Positions 39,618 to 54,825 of a DNA stretch of 64,000 nucleotides are shown here, one piece after another. Source of the stretch: Octopus vulgaris (taxonomy: Eukaryota). The stretch lies in assembly GCA_951406725.2 (NCBI GenBank), contig OX597823.1:111848001-111912000 (forward strand). The letters run 5' to 3'. The position numbers were made by a program, and so were the translations under genes. Below the pieces are notes generated by a model, which saw nothing but the letters and a program-made list of their open reading frames with translations, was not told the DNA's origin and searched no databases. How positions within the stretch are numbered: the stretch's first letter is position 1; every line of letters begins with the position of its first letter.

Positions 39618-40096
39618 CTGTGTGTCTGTGTCTGTGTGTGTCTGTGTGATAGTGTGATACGCATGCAATATGTTCAGCTATAATTCTTCACATATAATTC
39701 TTTATTGGTTTCTCCAATGACCATATATGGTACTTATCTGTTATACGAAGTAAATTCACAGAATACTTACATTAAATTCACCCTACAAAAATTCTCTTTT
39801 ACACTCTTGACCAAATAATGTTACAGTTGTTGTTGTTGTTTTTTTCTGATTTGCAATGTTATTAAACATAATATATTATTTACCACTAGCTTAAAAGTTA
39901 TAGGTATGTATGCACGTATGTGTGTATGTCTGTATGCATGTATGCTCATATCAATGTATGTATATGCATGTTTGTATGTAGATGTATATATCTATGTGTA
40001 TATATCTGAATATATATATATATACATATATGTATATATGTATGTATGTATGTATGTATATATATGTATATATATATTTACTTATATACATATATG

Positions 40097-40130
<34 letters not shown>

Positions 40131-40156
40131 TATATGTATACACATATATACACACG

Positions 40157-40192
<36 letters not shown>

Positions 40193-41644
40193 GATAGATA
40201 GATAGATAGATAGATATGCATATATATAAACATGTAGAAATGTATATACATACATTTTTATATGTATGTGTGTGTGTGTATGTGTATATGTATATTTGTG
40301 TGTGTGTGTGTGTATGTGTGTATGTATATTTGTACATATATATATAATATATATATATATATATTATATTAAATTATATATATATATATGTATATACCAA
40401 TGTGCATTTGCGTGTGTGTGTATATATATGTGTGTGCATATATACAGGTATGTATGTATGTATGTATGTATGTATATACCCTTTGTAGTTTAATCTTTTT
40501 TTTTTTTGTTAAGAAATCTGTTCTTACATGTTTTTCTTATCACATGTCAATTAGTATTGCAAGCAAAATACTTAATTAATGATCTGCTAAGGCAAATAAG
40601 ATTGAATACATGTATTTGTTTTATTTACTGCAATTGTAAATAAGATTGTTTTTTCTGTTTAGTCTTAATTATTTTAACTTTCCTGATTTTCTGATGTTAT
40701 TGGATTTTACCGGAAAGCTACACATCACCATTTGTTGTCATTAACCGCAGGGGCTATTCATTCAAGTCCAATTCACACAGTCCTCATCATCACCCTACCA
40801 CCACCACCACCACCACCACCGCCACCACTACCACCGTCGTCGTCGTCGTCGTCATCATCACCATGAACACCACCACCATCACCGTCGTCGTCGTCATCAT
40901 CATCATCATCATCATCACCAAAACCACCACCACCACCATCATCATCATCTTTTCACTGCCACCACAACTCCCACCAGTGCTACCAACAACACCCCACCCT
41001 CTATCAATGCCTCTACAATGATGACTATCACCACCACCACCACCATCGTCGCCACCGCCGCCACCGCCACCACCACCACTACCGCCACCAGCAACACCAC
41101 TACCGCCACCAGCAACACCACTCCTATCACTACTAAATAAAGCATTTTTATGTTTGTTATTTTTTTCAATTATATATTATAAAATGTTTCTAAGAAATTA
41201 CTTTCACATCATCATCATCATCATTATCATTAGTAATACCTGTCACTTCGTTTTTTTAAAAACAACATCGTCGTCGTCGTCGACGTCATCATCATCAACA
41301 TCATCATCATCATCATCAAAAGCATCATTTCAGTACCCTTACATTTCTTGAGTGATTTATTGTTCAGCTCCGTGTGGGTCTCTACACCTTCAGTTCTTGC
41401 AGGATCTTCTTTTTGTTTTGCATTTTCTGTTGTATTCCATGTAATTCGTGTGAGCTGCCTAGTTGTGCTGTTTTCTGTATGTTGCATATATACATTAGCC
41501 ATGGGGCTTTCATATTGTTTAATATCTTTCATATTTAAAATTTCAAACTAGGAACCCATTATTTCAGAAGTTTTTGTTTTTTCTTTTCTTTCTACAAATC
41601 CAGGATTTTATATTTGAATAGTTTCTCATTTGTCTTTTTCAGAT

Positions 41645-42080
41645 ACTCTTTACTCTTTTTACTCTTTTACTTGCCTCAGTCATGTGAGTGTGGCCATGCT
41701 GGAGCACCGCCTTTAGTTGAGCAAATTGACCCCAGGACTTATTCTTTGTAAGCCTAGTACTTATTCTATCGGTCTCTTTAGCTGAACAGCTAAGTTATGC
41801 GGACGTAAACACACAACCATCGGTTGTCAAGCGATGTTGGTGGGACAAACACAGACACACATATACAAACATATACACAGACATACCTATGCATACATAT
41901 ATATATACATATACGTATATACAACAGGCTTCTTTCAGTTTCTATCTACCAAATCCACTCACAAGGTTTTGGTCGGCCCGAGGCTATAGTAGAAGACACT
42001 TACCCAAGGTGCCACACAGTGCGACTAAACCTGGAACCATGTGGTTGGTAAGCAAGCTACTTACCACACAGCCACTCCTT
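41645..42080 (-). mobile_element. SINE family A
   Basis: Full length, reverse orientation. Confidence 0.9.
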
Positions 42081-42390
42081 GGACTGATGCCATGGGTGCT
42101 CCTCTTGAATCTTTGTAAGTCAATACCTGCAGGAAAGATACAACCTTTAAACAGAGACCAGAGAAATGTAAATGATGTACAAAATGTAAATGATGTACAA
42201 AATCAATGTAATTATTAGTTTTGTTTCACATTCTACACGTTTTCCATCTACTTCATACAGACTAATTCATTGCATGCTTTTGGTAATTCCTTGACAAGAA
42301 AGCTTTGATTCTATGTTGCAATGAAACCAGTTTTTGTCTCTCCTTTGCAAACCTTTCTCAGACATTGTTTCATTATATCACCCACTTTAA

Positions 42391-43450
42391 CCCTTTAGCA
42401 ATTAAATCATCCATATCCAACAAAAATATTCTACCTGCTTTGTGTGCAAACTAACCAAAACTGGCCTCTCACACGTACCCAAAAATGTCATCATCATCCT
42501 CATCATCATCATCATTTAGCGTCTGCTTTCCATGCTAGCATGGGTTGGACGGTTCAACTGGGGTCTGTGAAGCCAGAAGGCTGCACCAGGCCCAGTCTGA
42601 TCTGGCAGTGTTTCTACGGCTGGATGCCCTTCCTAACGCCAACCACTCCGTGAGTGTAGTGGGTGCTTTTTACGTGCCACCCACACAGGTGCCAGATGGA
42701 GCTGGCAAACAGCCACGAACGGATGGTGCTTTTACATGCCACCAGCACAGGGGCCAGGCGAGGCTGGCAACGGACACGAACGGATGGTGCTTTTACGTGC
42801 CACCTGCACGGGGGCCAGGCGAGGCTGGCAACGGACATGAATGGATGGTGCTTTTTACGTGCCACCGTCATGAGGCCAGTTGGGGTGGCGCTGGCAACGG
42901 TCATGAATGGATGGTTCTCTTACGTGCCACCGGCACTGGTAACTCAGCTGCAATTTCCATTGATCGATTTCGATTCTGATCCTCACTTGCCTCAACAGGT
43001 CTTCACAAGTCGAGTTTTGTGTCCCAAGAAGGGAAGGTATGCATACGTAGGCTGGCTCCATCCCATGTAGAAGGCCACGGGTTATGGTCTATTCTAAAAA
43101 TTAACTTCTTGATAAATCTTGAAGCTACAAGATAATTCATGATTAATTTAAAACAATGTGACTAAATAAGCATTGCTTTTAACAGAATTATCTGAATGGC
43201 ATAAGTGTAGGAGTGTCTGTGTTGTAAGTAGCTGGCTTACCAACCACATGGTTCTGGGTTCAGTCCCACTGCATGGCACCTTGGGCAAGTGTCTTCTACT
43301 ATAGCCTTGGGCTGACCAAAGGCCTTGTGAGTGGATTTGGTAGATGGAAACTGAAAGAAGCCTGTCGTGCCATGGTAGATCGTTATACTAATACATCTGT
43401 TTGTTTTGTACACCACAAGTCTTCGTCTTTTGTTTTTTTTCGTAAACTCT

Positions 43451-43512
<62 letters not shown>

Positions 43513-43513
43513 C

Positions 43514-43544
<31 letters not shown>

Positions 43545-43779
43545 GTATGTATGTGTGTGTGTATATGTTTTTGTGTCTGCTGTGTTTGTCCCCCCAACAT
43601 CACTTGGCAACTGATGCTGCTCTGTTTACGTCCCTGTAATTTAGCAGTTCGGCAAAAGAGGCCGATGGAATAAGTACTAAGCTTACAAAGAATAAGTCCT
43701 GGGGTCGATTTGCTCGACTAAAGGCGGTGCTCCAGCATGGCCACAGTCAAATGACTGAAACAAGTAAAAGAGTAAAAGG
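42391..43779. mobile_element. TTAA MITE hosting nested family B (42515-43090, -) and family A (43205-43775, +) insertions
   Basis: TTAA-CCCTTTAGCA start; MITE body resumes at 43091; ends AAAGG-TTAA at 43776-43783. Confidence 0.65.
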
Positions 43780-43852
43780 TTAACCTTGTCAGCTACTTTT
43801 TTGTCTTTTTTTTTTATTTCACTGTTTAAGTATTAATCAAATGTCTCTATGA

Positions 43853-44024
43853 TGTGGCTGTGTGGTAAGTAGCTTGCTAACCAACCACGTGGTTCCAGGT
43901 TCAGTCCCACTGCATGGCATCTTGGGCAAGTGCCTTCTGCTATAGCCCTGGGCCAACCAATGCCTTGTGAGTGGATTTGGTAGACGGAAACTGAAAGAAG
44001 CCTGTCGTATATATGTGTGTGTGT

Positions 44025-44063
<39 letters not shown>

Positions 44064-44273
44064 TATATGTGTGTGTGTGTGTGTTTGTGTATTAGTGTTT
44101 GTCCCCCTAGCATTGCTTGACAACCGATGCTGGTGTGTTTACGTCCCCGTCACTTAGTGGTTCGGCAAAAGAGACCGATAGAATAAGTCCTGGGGTCGAT
44201 TTGCTCGACTAAAGGCGGTGCTCCAGCATGGCCGCAGTCAAATGACTGAAAGAAGTAAAAGAGTAAAAGAGTA
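43853..44273 (+). mobile_element. SINE family A
   Basis: Full length, with a deletion between the two GAATAAGT repeats. Confidence 0.9.
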
Positions 44274-45000
44274 ATATTTTCCTTTCATTTATTGGTATTG
44301 CGCTCTGTCTAGTGCATTTGATTCCTAAATATTTGTAATAATTCTTTGATTTAATTTTCTTTATCACCTTTTCTTAACCGAACATGATTTCCTTCTTTCC
44401 AAGATTCCCTTGGCACATGTTTCTAACTCAATTTTCACCTGAGTTCCTCAAGCAAATCTGTGTACAAATTGTTTATCATTTGTAACATAAACTTGAAGAC
44501 GTCCATACACAACAAAGTGATTGATTGTCCTGCTATACCACTGGGGGGTCATTATTATAATTAACAGCTGATTTAGAAGAAGTTGTTAAAAAGGACTTCA
44601 TGACTGAAATTCTTCTAGTGATTTCTTTGACACCAAAGAATGAAGACTGCCAAGTCCTAGGACAAGGACGTTAAATCTCCCCAATAAATATAGTGACACG
44701 AGTACATCACGACAACCAAGCCACAAAATGACCTTTGACATAGAGATTTGTTAAATGAAATTAATTGTGATTTGTGTAATTTATTCATGAAATCAACAAA
44801 AAATAATGATGCCTTTTAAAATTATTTTTTCATTTTTCCTGAGTAACTTTAAATATAAAAACGTGGTTTTATTCCTTTTAATTTTGGATTTATTATTCAA
44901 AGCAAGTCATGTCTGTGAGGTAAGTTTGCTTCCCAACCACATGGTTCTGGCTTCGGTACAACTGTGTGACACCTTGAGCAAGTACCTTGTATTATAACCC

Positions 45001-45043
<43 letters not shown>

Positions 45044-45955
45044 TATTTCCCCCTTGCCTTGACATTACATGGTAGTTGTAAGCAAATGTTATCCTTATGC
45101 AAGCTGCATCCTTCATTCATCCTCTATGGAAACACGTTTGATCATGGGGAATTATTGCCTTGCTTGGAAACAGATGAAGGTTGGTGACAGGAAAAGCATT
45201 TGGTCATAGAAAATCTGCTTCAACAAAATTTTGTCAAAGCCATGCAAGCATGGAAAAGTGAATATTAAAACGATGATAAAAATCAATTTAAAAACTTATA
45301 AAAATATATTCATCTTGACGCCTTTCATTTGTTATTGTTTCAAGTTCTTTTTAAAGAAATTTTCAAAATACTTGAAAATCTTTATAACATAGTATTGAAA
45401 ATATCTATTCCAGATAAATGGTTACATTTGTCAAAGAACACAGTAGAAAATAGTGTTGAAGATGTGATTCCTACATTGCAAATTGTAAATATGGCTCAGC
45501 TATTGGTATTTGCTAAAATTTTGTATCAAGAAAAGCATGTGCAAGAACATGCTATTTTGGCAATCCCTATATGGACATACGCTGATGCCAACGTTATCTT
45601 TCATCCCTCTGGGATCAAGTAAGGAACTGGTCAAATCCATCCTGACCAAGCAGACTATCCCTCAGGGAAGAGATGACCTGACATGGAATAAAAAAAAATT
45701 TACATAATGGTATTCTATTGTGAAAATTGTCCAACAACAACAGACAGATCAGCTAGCATCTGATAAAAGTGTTGTTGTGTTTGTTGTCACTGAGGCAGAA
45801 ACCAGAGCAAATCAATTAGATCTATTAATCAAATGCCTTCCAATTATGACCATCCCATATTTTTAAGAAAATATAGCACTACTTTATCTAATGTGTAATT
45901 TCCTTTTCCAAGACGGGGAGATATATCTGCTGTTTCTAGCAAATCAAATGAACAT

Positions 45956-45986
<31 letters not shown>

Positions 45987-46074
45987 TATGAAAGCGATAA
46001 ACTCCCAACAAGGAGGGTCCTTAGCCAGGTCTATTCCCAGTACAACTATTTCGCTCAAATAGTATAAAAGAAGG

Positions 46075-46380
46075 TAAGGACCCCCTTTGGTCATGAAGTA
46101 CCTAGAAAGTTACCCTTCAAGGCACAAGTCCAGCCAAGGTTGTTTATGGAAGACCAACAGCCTCCCCTCTCTACGCCATTGATGTTATCCAAGGGAAAGA
46201 CAAAGGCTGATACGGCTTGGTACCAGTGACATCGCAACTCATTTCTACAGCAGAGTGAAGTGGAGAAACGTGTAATAAAGTGTCTTGCTCAAAAACACAA
46301 CATGCAGCCTGGTCCAGGAATTGAACTCACTCTCTCATGATTGTGAGCTCAATGCTTTAACCACTGAACCATGTGGCTTC
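46075..46380 (-). mobile_element. SINE family F
   Basis: Reverse match to 30627-30957. Confidence 0.7.
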
Positions 46381-46755
46381 ACATCACTCAAATAACAGCC
46401 TTATGAAATATTTAACCATCAGAAATCTTGCTGCTTTACCCTTGAAGTTGATACTACCAACATCTCCCCACTCATGGACATTTATGCCTACAAAAGACCA
46501 ACCTACTGACAATATTTCCGAAACTATTGTAATTTACAATAACAGCATCTTATTCTTCCTATCAAAACAGAGTTAAACCAAATCTTCAATATCTATTTTT
46601 TTACAAATGAAAAGAAACCAAGCATCTCAAAAATAAATATAGTGTATATAGCTTAAAACTATCTGTTACCGAAGGTGCGTTTACAATGTCTAATGTTTTA
46701 CATTTGTAAACCTACAAAAGTTTATAAAAGATTATCATCATCATCATCATCATCA

Positions 46756-46795
<40 letters not shown>

Positions 46796-47009
46796 CATTA
46801 TTATTATTAATATTATTATTATTATCATCATTATGAGGATCAGCATCATTACCATCATCCTCATCATCATCATCATATTCATTATTTTGATTTTTTTTTT
46901 GGGCCTGAAGCAAACTCAGATTTGTTTAGAAATGTAATATAAGACAAACTTCCTTGTTTATATATATGCATGCAGTATATACAGCACACAGTACACACAC
47001 GCACACACA

Positions 47010-47054
<45 letters not shown>

Positions 47055-47139
47055 TGCATATTGATTCAAAGAATCAGATGAGTCACTCTGTCTCTAGTTT
47101 GGCCTGAACAAACACACGTGCACACACACACACACACAC

Positions 47140-47205
<66 letters not shown>

Positions 47206-47478
47206 GTATGTACACACAAAACAAGCTTTCGGAAGAGATACAGGTTAACAATCAACTCCAAAGGAATGAATAAACTCTACTGCATGTATTGAGTATTTTT
47301 TCTTCTATTTGATTATACAAATATGTGTGCATGTATATATATGTGTATGTATGTGTGTGTGTATGGTGTGAATGTGTGTCTATATGTATATATATACACA
47401 CACACACATACTTATGTACTTACACACACATGTGCATGTGTTTGTGTGTGTGTATGTATATGTATATATGTATGTATG

Positions 47479-47512
<34 letters not shown>

Positions 47513-50073
47513 TGTATATATGTATATATGTATATATATATATATATATATACAGAGAGAGAGAGAGAGTGTGTGAGAGAGAGTGAGAGGAGAACCAAAC
47601 ATAGAAACAGAGGCTATTATAAAGTGGTTTAAAAGTAAACCTGACAAACCAGAAACCTTAGCAGAAAAGAAGAGAAAATCTGTTACCACTTTTAAAGTGT
47701 TCATGTAGGCTAAACACCAAAGATAAATGCTAAATGTAAGAATTATAGGAACTCTTATATGTTCTCAAATGTAAAGTTTATGTCTCTTCATCCCTTGTTG
47801 GTGATTCTACCACAAGATATTCAGTAGGATCACCAACAAGATGATACTGAAGAACATCATTTCTTGCAGATGCACAGGATAGCTAGCAGTAAGCACATTT
47901 AAGGAGTATATGCTTCCAAATGCACAGAATGATTTCTAGAAATAGATAACAACTTTTGCTACCTATAAAACTATGGACCCAATCAGCAGTGTAAATGGAT
48001 TGTATTCTGAATGGATATTAGTCAGAGCAAAAAGTTTCAAGCGGCTATTAACTCTGCTATTAACAAAGAAATTCTCTGTACAAACTATGCTGTTGCATGG
48101 AAATCAGGCATGAGTATTGAATTAAGATGAGCAAAGACGTGTGTGTGTGTGTGTGAGAGAGAGAGAAAGTGAGTGGACCCAACACGTTTAGCAGTTGGGT
48201 GGACCCAACATGTTTTGAATTACATATGTTATAATTCAAAACAGTTTGATTCAGTCCTATGCAGCTTAAAATTTTGTAAGCTTGTTCCGGGACCCTACAA
48301 AACTTTAAGTTGCATGAGACCCCAAGCAACCTAGCGGGCTATCACAACATCAGCACCTGTTCAAGTACTGTTTTACTATGTCTTGCTGGTGAGGAGATGA
48401 ATCACTTCTATCTCTAGTAATCAAGTGTCTGTTATTGATGAGACCAAGAAAGGTCAAAATCACATGGTGGTCTCTGAGCTGGAGATGGCACGCATTTATC
48501 TCCCTGCTAGCAATATAAATAAGAGTGCATTTTGCACCAAAAACCACTAAGAGAGTTTCTCTCATGGTATCTACCGCAGTATAGTTTGTTCTAACAGAAC
48601 ATCCACTTTTAAGTGGAGATAGATACATATTAATGTCTGTTTTTATGCTTAGTTATAGAGTCAAGTCTATTGAAAACGAAAATTTTAGGAAAATAAAAAT
48701 AAGAAATAAGTGGAAATTTTACCAGTGAGTGTATTACATTATAAGGCACAAAAAGAAATTGACTCTCCCCAGACACAACAGAATATGCTTCAACACACGA
48801 ACTCATATAAAGAATCTTGCAAACCAAATCCAAAAACAAAATATAGTAAAAACAATTTTACATTAATCTGAAGGATTATTCTATGCTTTTGTCAAGTACC
48901 AAATGTATTGTTCTTAAACAAGAATACTGTTGACAGTGACTATTTAAAGCCAAGATTAATTCTAATACATCAATATAGAAGAGAAGTGAACTATATGTGT
49001 GCATGTGTTATTGTAGATAGAATGACACTCCTAAACTGCAGCAAGAAGCTGAAATTGTATTTGAGACATAGACTCTTTATGTTCCTTCCCACAATAGCCT
49101 TCTGGGTGGGCAGTATCTTGAAATAAGAACTGACACACTGACATTCCTCTTGGAATAATCTCTTTAATGGTATTGGTACCGTAAAATACACCTGGCCCAT
49201 TAATGTAAAACATATTCAACACCAACATCAGCCAGTATTCTTTTTAGCCATCTGCCTGTGTGTAACTGAAAGTTGGTATGGACTGTGGTGACTGCCTAAC
49301 ACCATGTCCACAAAATGGAGTGAGTTCCAATGTGAAATGATGATGATGATGACGACAACGACAGCAATGCTTATGATGACAGTGACAAGTACGATGATGA
49401 TGCAGATGTCCTCCGCCTAACATTTCTTATTATTGCCAAATGAAATATGCAAGAATCAGTTTGAAAAAGCAGTTTCATAATTCAATAGAAATCATTTACT
49501 GAAAGGCAAAAATATTTTTAAAAAAATAATAAATAGAAATTAAATATAATTTCTATTATTGATAAATTTTAAAGAATTTCAAATGAACTTATATAGCAAT
49601 TACAACTTTCAATAAGTAAAGCTTTGTTTCAACAGTTTTACCATTCTGAAATTCTGACAATGCTGGGTTTCTTATTAAATGGCTTTCTTGTAATGATATT
49701 TAAGAATTTTTTTAATCGTTTTTTTTTTCTAAACTAAAGAATATATGATAAGGGCACATGGGATGGAGGAGGAATATTTATATTTGCATATATTTATTTG
49801 AGAATGTCTTTTAATATATATTTTTTTGGTAACTGGTTTTTGTAAATATAAATGCACATACACTACTATGTATATTTGCATGTTTGTCTATACAGATTCC
49901 ATATATGTATGTATTTATCTGAGTGTATTCATTGCTTTGCATATATATTGAATTTCAGAAATTTTTCATTATTCTTTTTTAATGTTGTGAAAACCTAAAT
50001 GAGATATTTCAAAGAAATAAATTCTGTGGAATTTCTTAAAATATCTCTTAAATAAAAGTATTGTGTTAGAATA

Positions 50074-50159
<86 letters not shown>

Positions 50160-50322
50160 TACACAAACACACACACGCATGCACACATATACACACGCGC
50201 ACTTGCATGCACATATGTATATATACATGCAATCATGCAGGCACAAACACATGCATATACATTTTAATGTGTGTGTGTATGTGCGTGTGTATATATACTT
50301 ATACACACACACACACGCACAC

Positions 50323-50369
<47 letters not shown>

Positions 50370-50731
50370 CACACACACACACATTAAAACATTATGTCTG
50401 TATTTATGTGTGTGTGTGTGTCTGTGTATGTATCCACAAGCACTACATTTATTTAAGAGATTTTTAAAAAATATAAAAGTGTGTGTGTGTGTGTGTTTTA
50501 TATTAAATCAATATGTATTTCATAAAATTGAGATTTAAAAAAAGTTTTTCTATTCAGTACAAAATGCATAGAACAGAACTGAGAACTGACACAGAATTTC
50601 TTTCAAGGAACACCATGCAAAGAAAGTCTCTCTCTCTCTTTCTAATTATATATATATATATAGAGAGAGAGAGGGGTGGGGTGGAGAGAGATGCATATCC
50701 TTGTGCATACATACATACATACATATGTATA

Positions 50732-50790
<59 letters not shown>

Positions 50791-51112
50791 GGAGAGAGAG
50801 ATGCATATCCTTGTGCATACATGCATACATATATATATATGCATATATGTATATATATCATCATCATCATCATCATCGTTTAGCGTCCGTTTTCCATGCT
50901 GGCATATATATATATATGTATGTATATATGTATGTCTGTATGTATATACATATGCTTGAATGTATATACGTAGAAATGCAATATATGCACTTGGAAATAT
51001 TTCATAGTTAGAGGAAAACAAAAGATAGCATAATAACAAAACTAATAATAGAAGCCCTTCTTTATTGGCCACAAGAACACATATAATAAAAACCTTGGGA
51101 GTAACGTCCAAA

Positions 51113-51345
51113 TATTTATTTCTTTACTACCCACAAGGGGCTAAACATAAAGGGGACAAACAAGGACAGACAAATGGATTACAATGGATTACATCGGCCC
51201 CAGTGTGAAACTGGTACTTTAGTTATCGATCCCAAAAAGATGAAAGGCAAAGTCGACCTCGGCGGAATTTGAACTCAGAATGTAGCGGCAGGCAAAATAC
51301 TGCTAAGCATTTTACCCGGTGTGCTAACGTTTCTGCCGGCTTGCC
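51113..51345 (-). mobile_element. SINE family D
   Basis: Reverse match to 6652-6882. Confidence 0.8.
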
Positions 51346-53169
51346 ATCCAAATATTTAAATTATGATTGATCAGTGATACAAATATGTAATATAGTATAT
51401 TGAAACAGGTTAAAAATTTGGTACACACATATATAAAGGCAACCCACAACGAATGAGGTGAGAAATTCCCAGTTGTTATGGTCAGGACACTCCATGACCA
51501 CTATCACATTCCACTGTAATAATCTTCTGCAGACAGGGTTCTCAACATCTGCTCAGAGCAGCTTCACTATTAACCAAGCTCCAAGGTTAACTTGCTCCCT
51601 TTGGCTGGTGGTTCTTTGACCATCAATAGGACTTTTCTGGGGTTTTTGAAGAGTTGGATGCATTTTCCCAATCTCCTTTTTCCAACTAACACAGTATTTC
51701 TCTTGTTTCTTTTGCTTCTTCAGCAAACCTATTAGATCCTGGTTTTCATTTACAATAACACTTAAAATTCAAATCTTCCAGTGGCATGTCTTCGTTTTTG
51801 CAAGGGACTTACTTGCTTTCAATAGGAACTCAATGAAATTCTGGATTGATGCTGACAACGATGGAAATGGTTGTCCCTTTTCTCCAGGTTTAAATTTAAC
51901 AAATCCTTTCATAAAAGTCTGCCATTGTCAGCCTCTTCTCTTTTTCTCCGTTCCTTTTAGTAAGCTTGGTCGTTATGGAGTTCAGGTTCACACAAATGTT
52001 GTAAGTAGACTTTCTGTAGTACACTACAAGTGTGACCAATCTCATTGCCAGTCTCACTAAGCAGTATAACTTTAGGATAGCATTTTTAGTCATTGAGACA
52101 GGGTCATCAGAACCTAATTATTTAAGCAGACATCACATGGGCACATGCTGCGAGGGATCTCAGCACACGTGACTTACCAGTACTTTTGAATAAGGGTGAC
52201 TTTGATTTAAGAGTTCACATCAGTACCATTGCCTCTGGCTGTCACTCTTATGTTTCTCTGGCTGTCACTCTTATGTGAGGTAGTGTGGTCATAGTGCCTT
52301 GCTTCAGTTGAGATTGAATAATAATAATTTTGTCCTATTGTAAAAGAGAAATAAAAGATTCGAAGCCTGATCCCTGCTTGATCCCTGCCCACCATCTTAG
52401 TTCATCTTTAGTCACTTTGATTGCACTTTTATGTTCCTAAATCTTGTTGATGGACCATAAAACCTCCAGCTCCTATTTCGAGTACACATGAAAATTTCAG
52501 TATACTTTTAGAAAACAAAATATGTTACTTTCCTCTTATTTTTTCCTTGGGCAAATATCATTGGCAGCTTGAGAGAAACCGATGAGTTGGAGGACTGTTC
52601 TACTCCAATGTTTGCTTCGGCATGGTTTCTGTGGTGTAGACACCCTTTTTAATGCCAACAACTTAAAAGAGTGTTGACAAATGACAAGTCCCTTAACCCC
52701 TTAGAGGTCGTTGGGGCACTACATCCATGCAGTGTACCTAGAGCAAGAAAGCCTGGCCAAACCCATCCCTCATCAGGCTAAACTCATTTCTACAGCTGAA
52801 TGGACCAGAGCAATATGAAATGAAGTGTTTTAATCAAGAACACAATGGATCGCCTGGTCCTGGGATCAAAACTGCAATCTTACAGTCGTGAATCAAACAG
52901 CCTAACCAGCAAGTGATGGGCCTCCACTAGTGGAACCCATTTCTACAGCTGAGTGGACTGGAGCAACATGATGGGAAATATTTTTGCTCAAGAACACAGC
53001 ACATCCTCTGGTCCAGGAATCAAAACCACAACCTTATGATCATGAGACCAACACCTTAACCACTAAGCAACGTATCTCCACCTAACAGAGTGTATTGGTG
53101 CTCTTACAAAGCAACACCACTAGTGAGGTTGACATGTATGTATATGTATATCTGAATATAAGTGTATAT

Positions 53170-53568
53170 ACTCTTTTACTTGTTTCAGTCATTTGACTGC
53201 GGCCATGCTGGAGCACTGCCTTTAAACGAGCAACTCGACACCGGGACTTATTCTTTGTAAGCCCAGTACTTATTCTATTGGTCTCTTTTTGCTGAACTGC
53301 TAAGTGACGGGGACATAAACACACCAGCATCGGTTGTCAAGCGATGTTGGATGGGACAAACACAGACACACAAACATACATGCACACACACACATATACA
53401 TATATACAACGGGCTTCTTTCTGTTTCCGTCTACCAAATCTACTCACAAGGCTTTGGTCGGCCTGAGGCTATAGTAGAAGAGACTTGCCCAAGGTGCCAC
53501 ACAGTGGGACTGAACCCGGAACCATGTGGTTGATAAACAAGCTATTTACCACACAGCCACTCCTGCGC
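53170..53568 (-). mobile_element. SINE family A
   Basis: Full length, reverse orientation. Confidence 0.9.
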
Positions 53569-54451
53569 TTGTAACTCACAAGACTAAACAAAACCCCTTT
53601 TTTGAGTGTGAAATAAATTGGGAAGGAAGCAGCTCTATGCTATGTGCTTGGGAGTAAAAGCGTGATAGAAGGAACAGAAATAGGTTTTTTAATGTAGATG
53701 AGCTACATGGTTACTCTAAATTACATGTGGGTGGGTAGGATCAAGTGGGGTGGAGGTAGAAAGAGCAAAAAATATGGTGATGACAAGGTGTGAGGGCATA
53801 GCCTCAAGGAGCAGAAGGTGAACAGAAGAAAATGTGGGGGACAGGAAGTAGAAGATAAGAAAGTTTGCAAAACTGGGGATATGTGTATGTGTGTGTGTGT
53901 GTACATTATAGCTATATGTGTGTGTATGTGTGCATATATATCATCGTTGTCATCATTATTGTAATGACAATGATGATGATGATGATGATGTGTGTGTGTT
54001 TGTGAGTGTGTGCATGCATGTGTATATAGTCTTGTATGCATGAATGTAAAAGTACACATTCATAAATAGGGATATGAAAGGGGTGTGAAAAAAGAGACGG
54101 GAGAGGGGCATACAGTTCATTTTCATCATTAAAAAACACATAAGAAACACAAAATTTTTCTTGATATCCGCAGTGATAGATGTAAATATAAGTATATGAA
54201 TTTCAATATGATGTTCAGGTGAAATTTAAAAATAAATTGCATATGAATTGAAAATATTAACTTTGTATATTGGAAAACTGATGTACATTATACATATCGT
54301 TATGCATTGAAATTGAATAATGCATTAGAAAAAAAATAGGTGTTTAATTATATACATCCATATATATGTGTAACTATATTTTTCGATATCTGTCTATTAT
54401 ACACAGATATATATATGTGTGTGTTTTTATATGTAAACCATTTCTGTTATG

Positions 54452-54495
<44 letters not shown>

Positions 54496-54787
54496 AATTT
54501 ATACATGCACACAGAAATGTAAAGAAAATATATAAGTTTATATGCATACGCGACATATTTTCTTAAACACATATATGAATACATATATTCATATGTGTGT
54601 GTGGGGGGGGTGTATATATCTACATATATACTTAGAAAAAAATGGAGAATTTAAACCTAATTGAATTTCAGGAAAAATATGTCTAATAGAACATTCTATT
54701 GAAAATATTGAATAAAAATGGAATCCATTCAAGACATTTGTTCATATCAATTGAGTATTTTGTGTAAAATAAAAGTGTGTTATATGT

Positions 54788-54825
<38 letters not shown>

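Noticed and set aside
42660-42935. Regularly spaced ~60-bp repeats superficially like a CRISPR array
   Set aside because: The intervening sequences are homologous to each other (minisatellite), the context is eukaryotic and no cas genes are present.
48060-49330. Non-repetitive stretch with several short ORFs as candidate host exons
   Set aside because: No recognisable domain or convincing splice-bounded frame.
51430-52500. Complex sequence with a possible zinc-knuckle-like GNEIGHTC and a 23-bp tandem duplication near 52233
   Set aside because: Cysteine spacing is not preserved and there is no sustained ORF; probably an old retroelement but unassignable.
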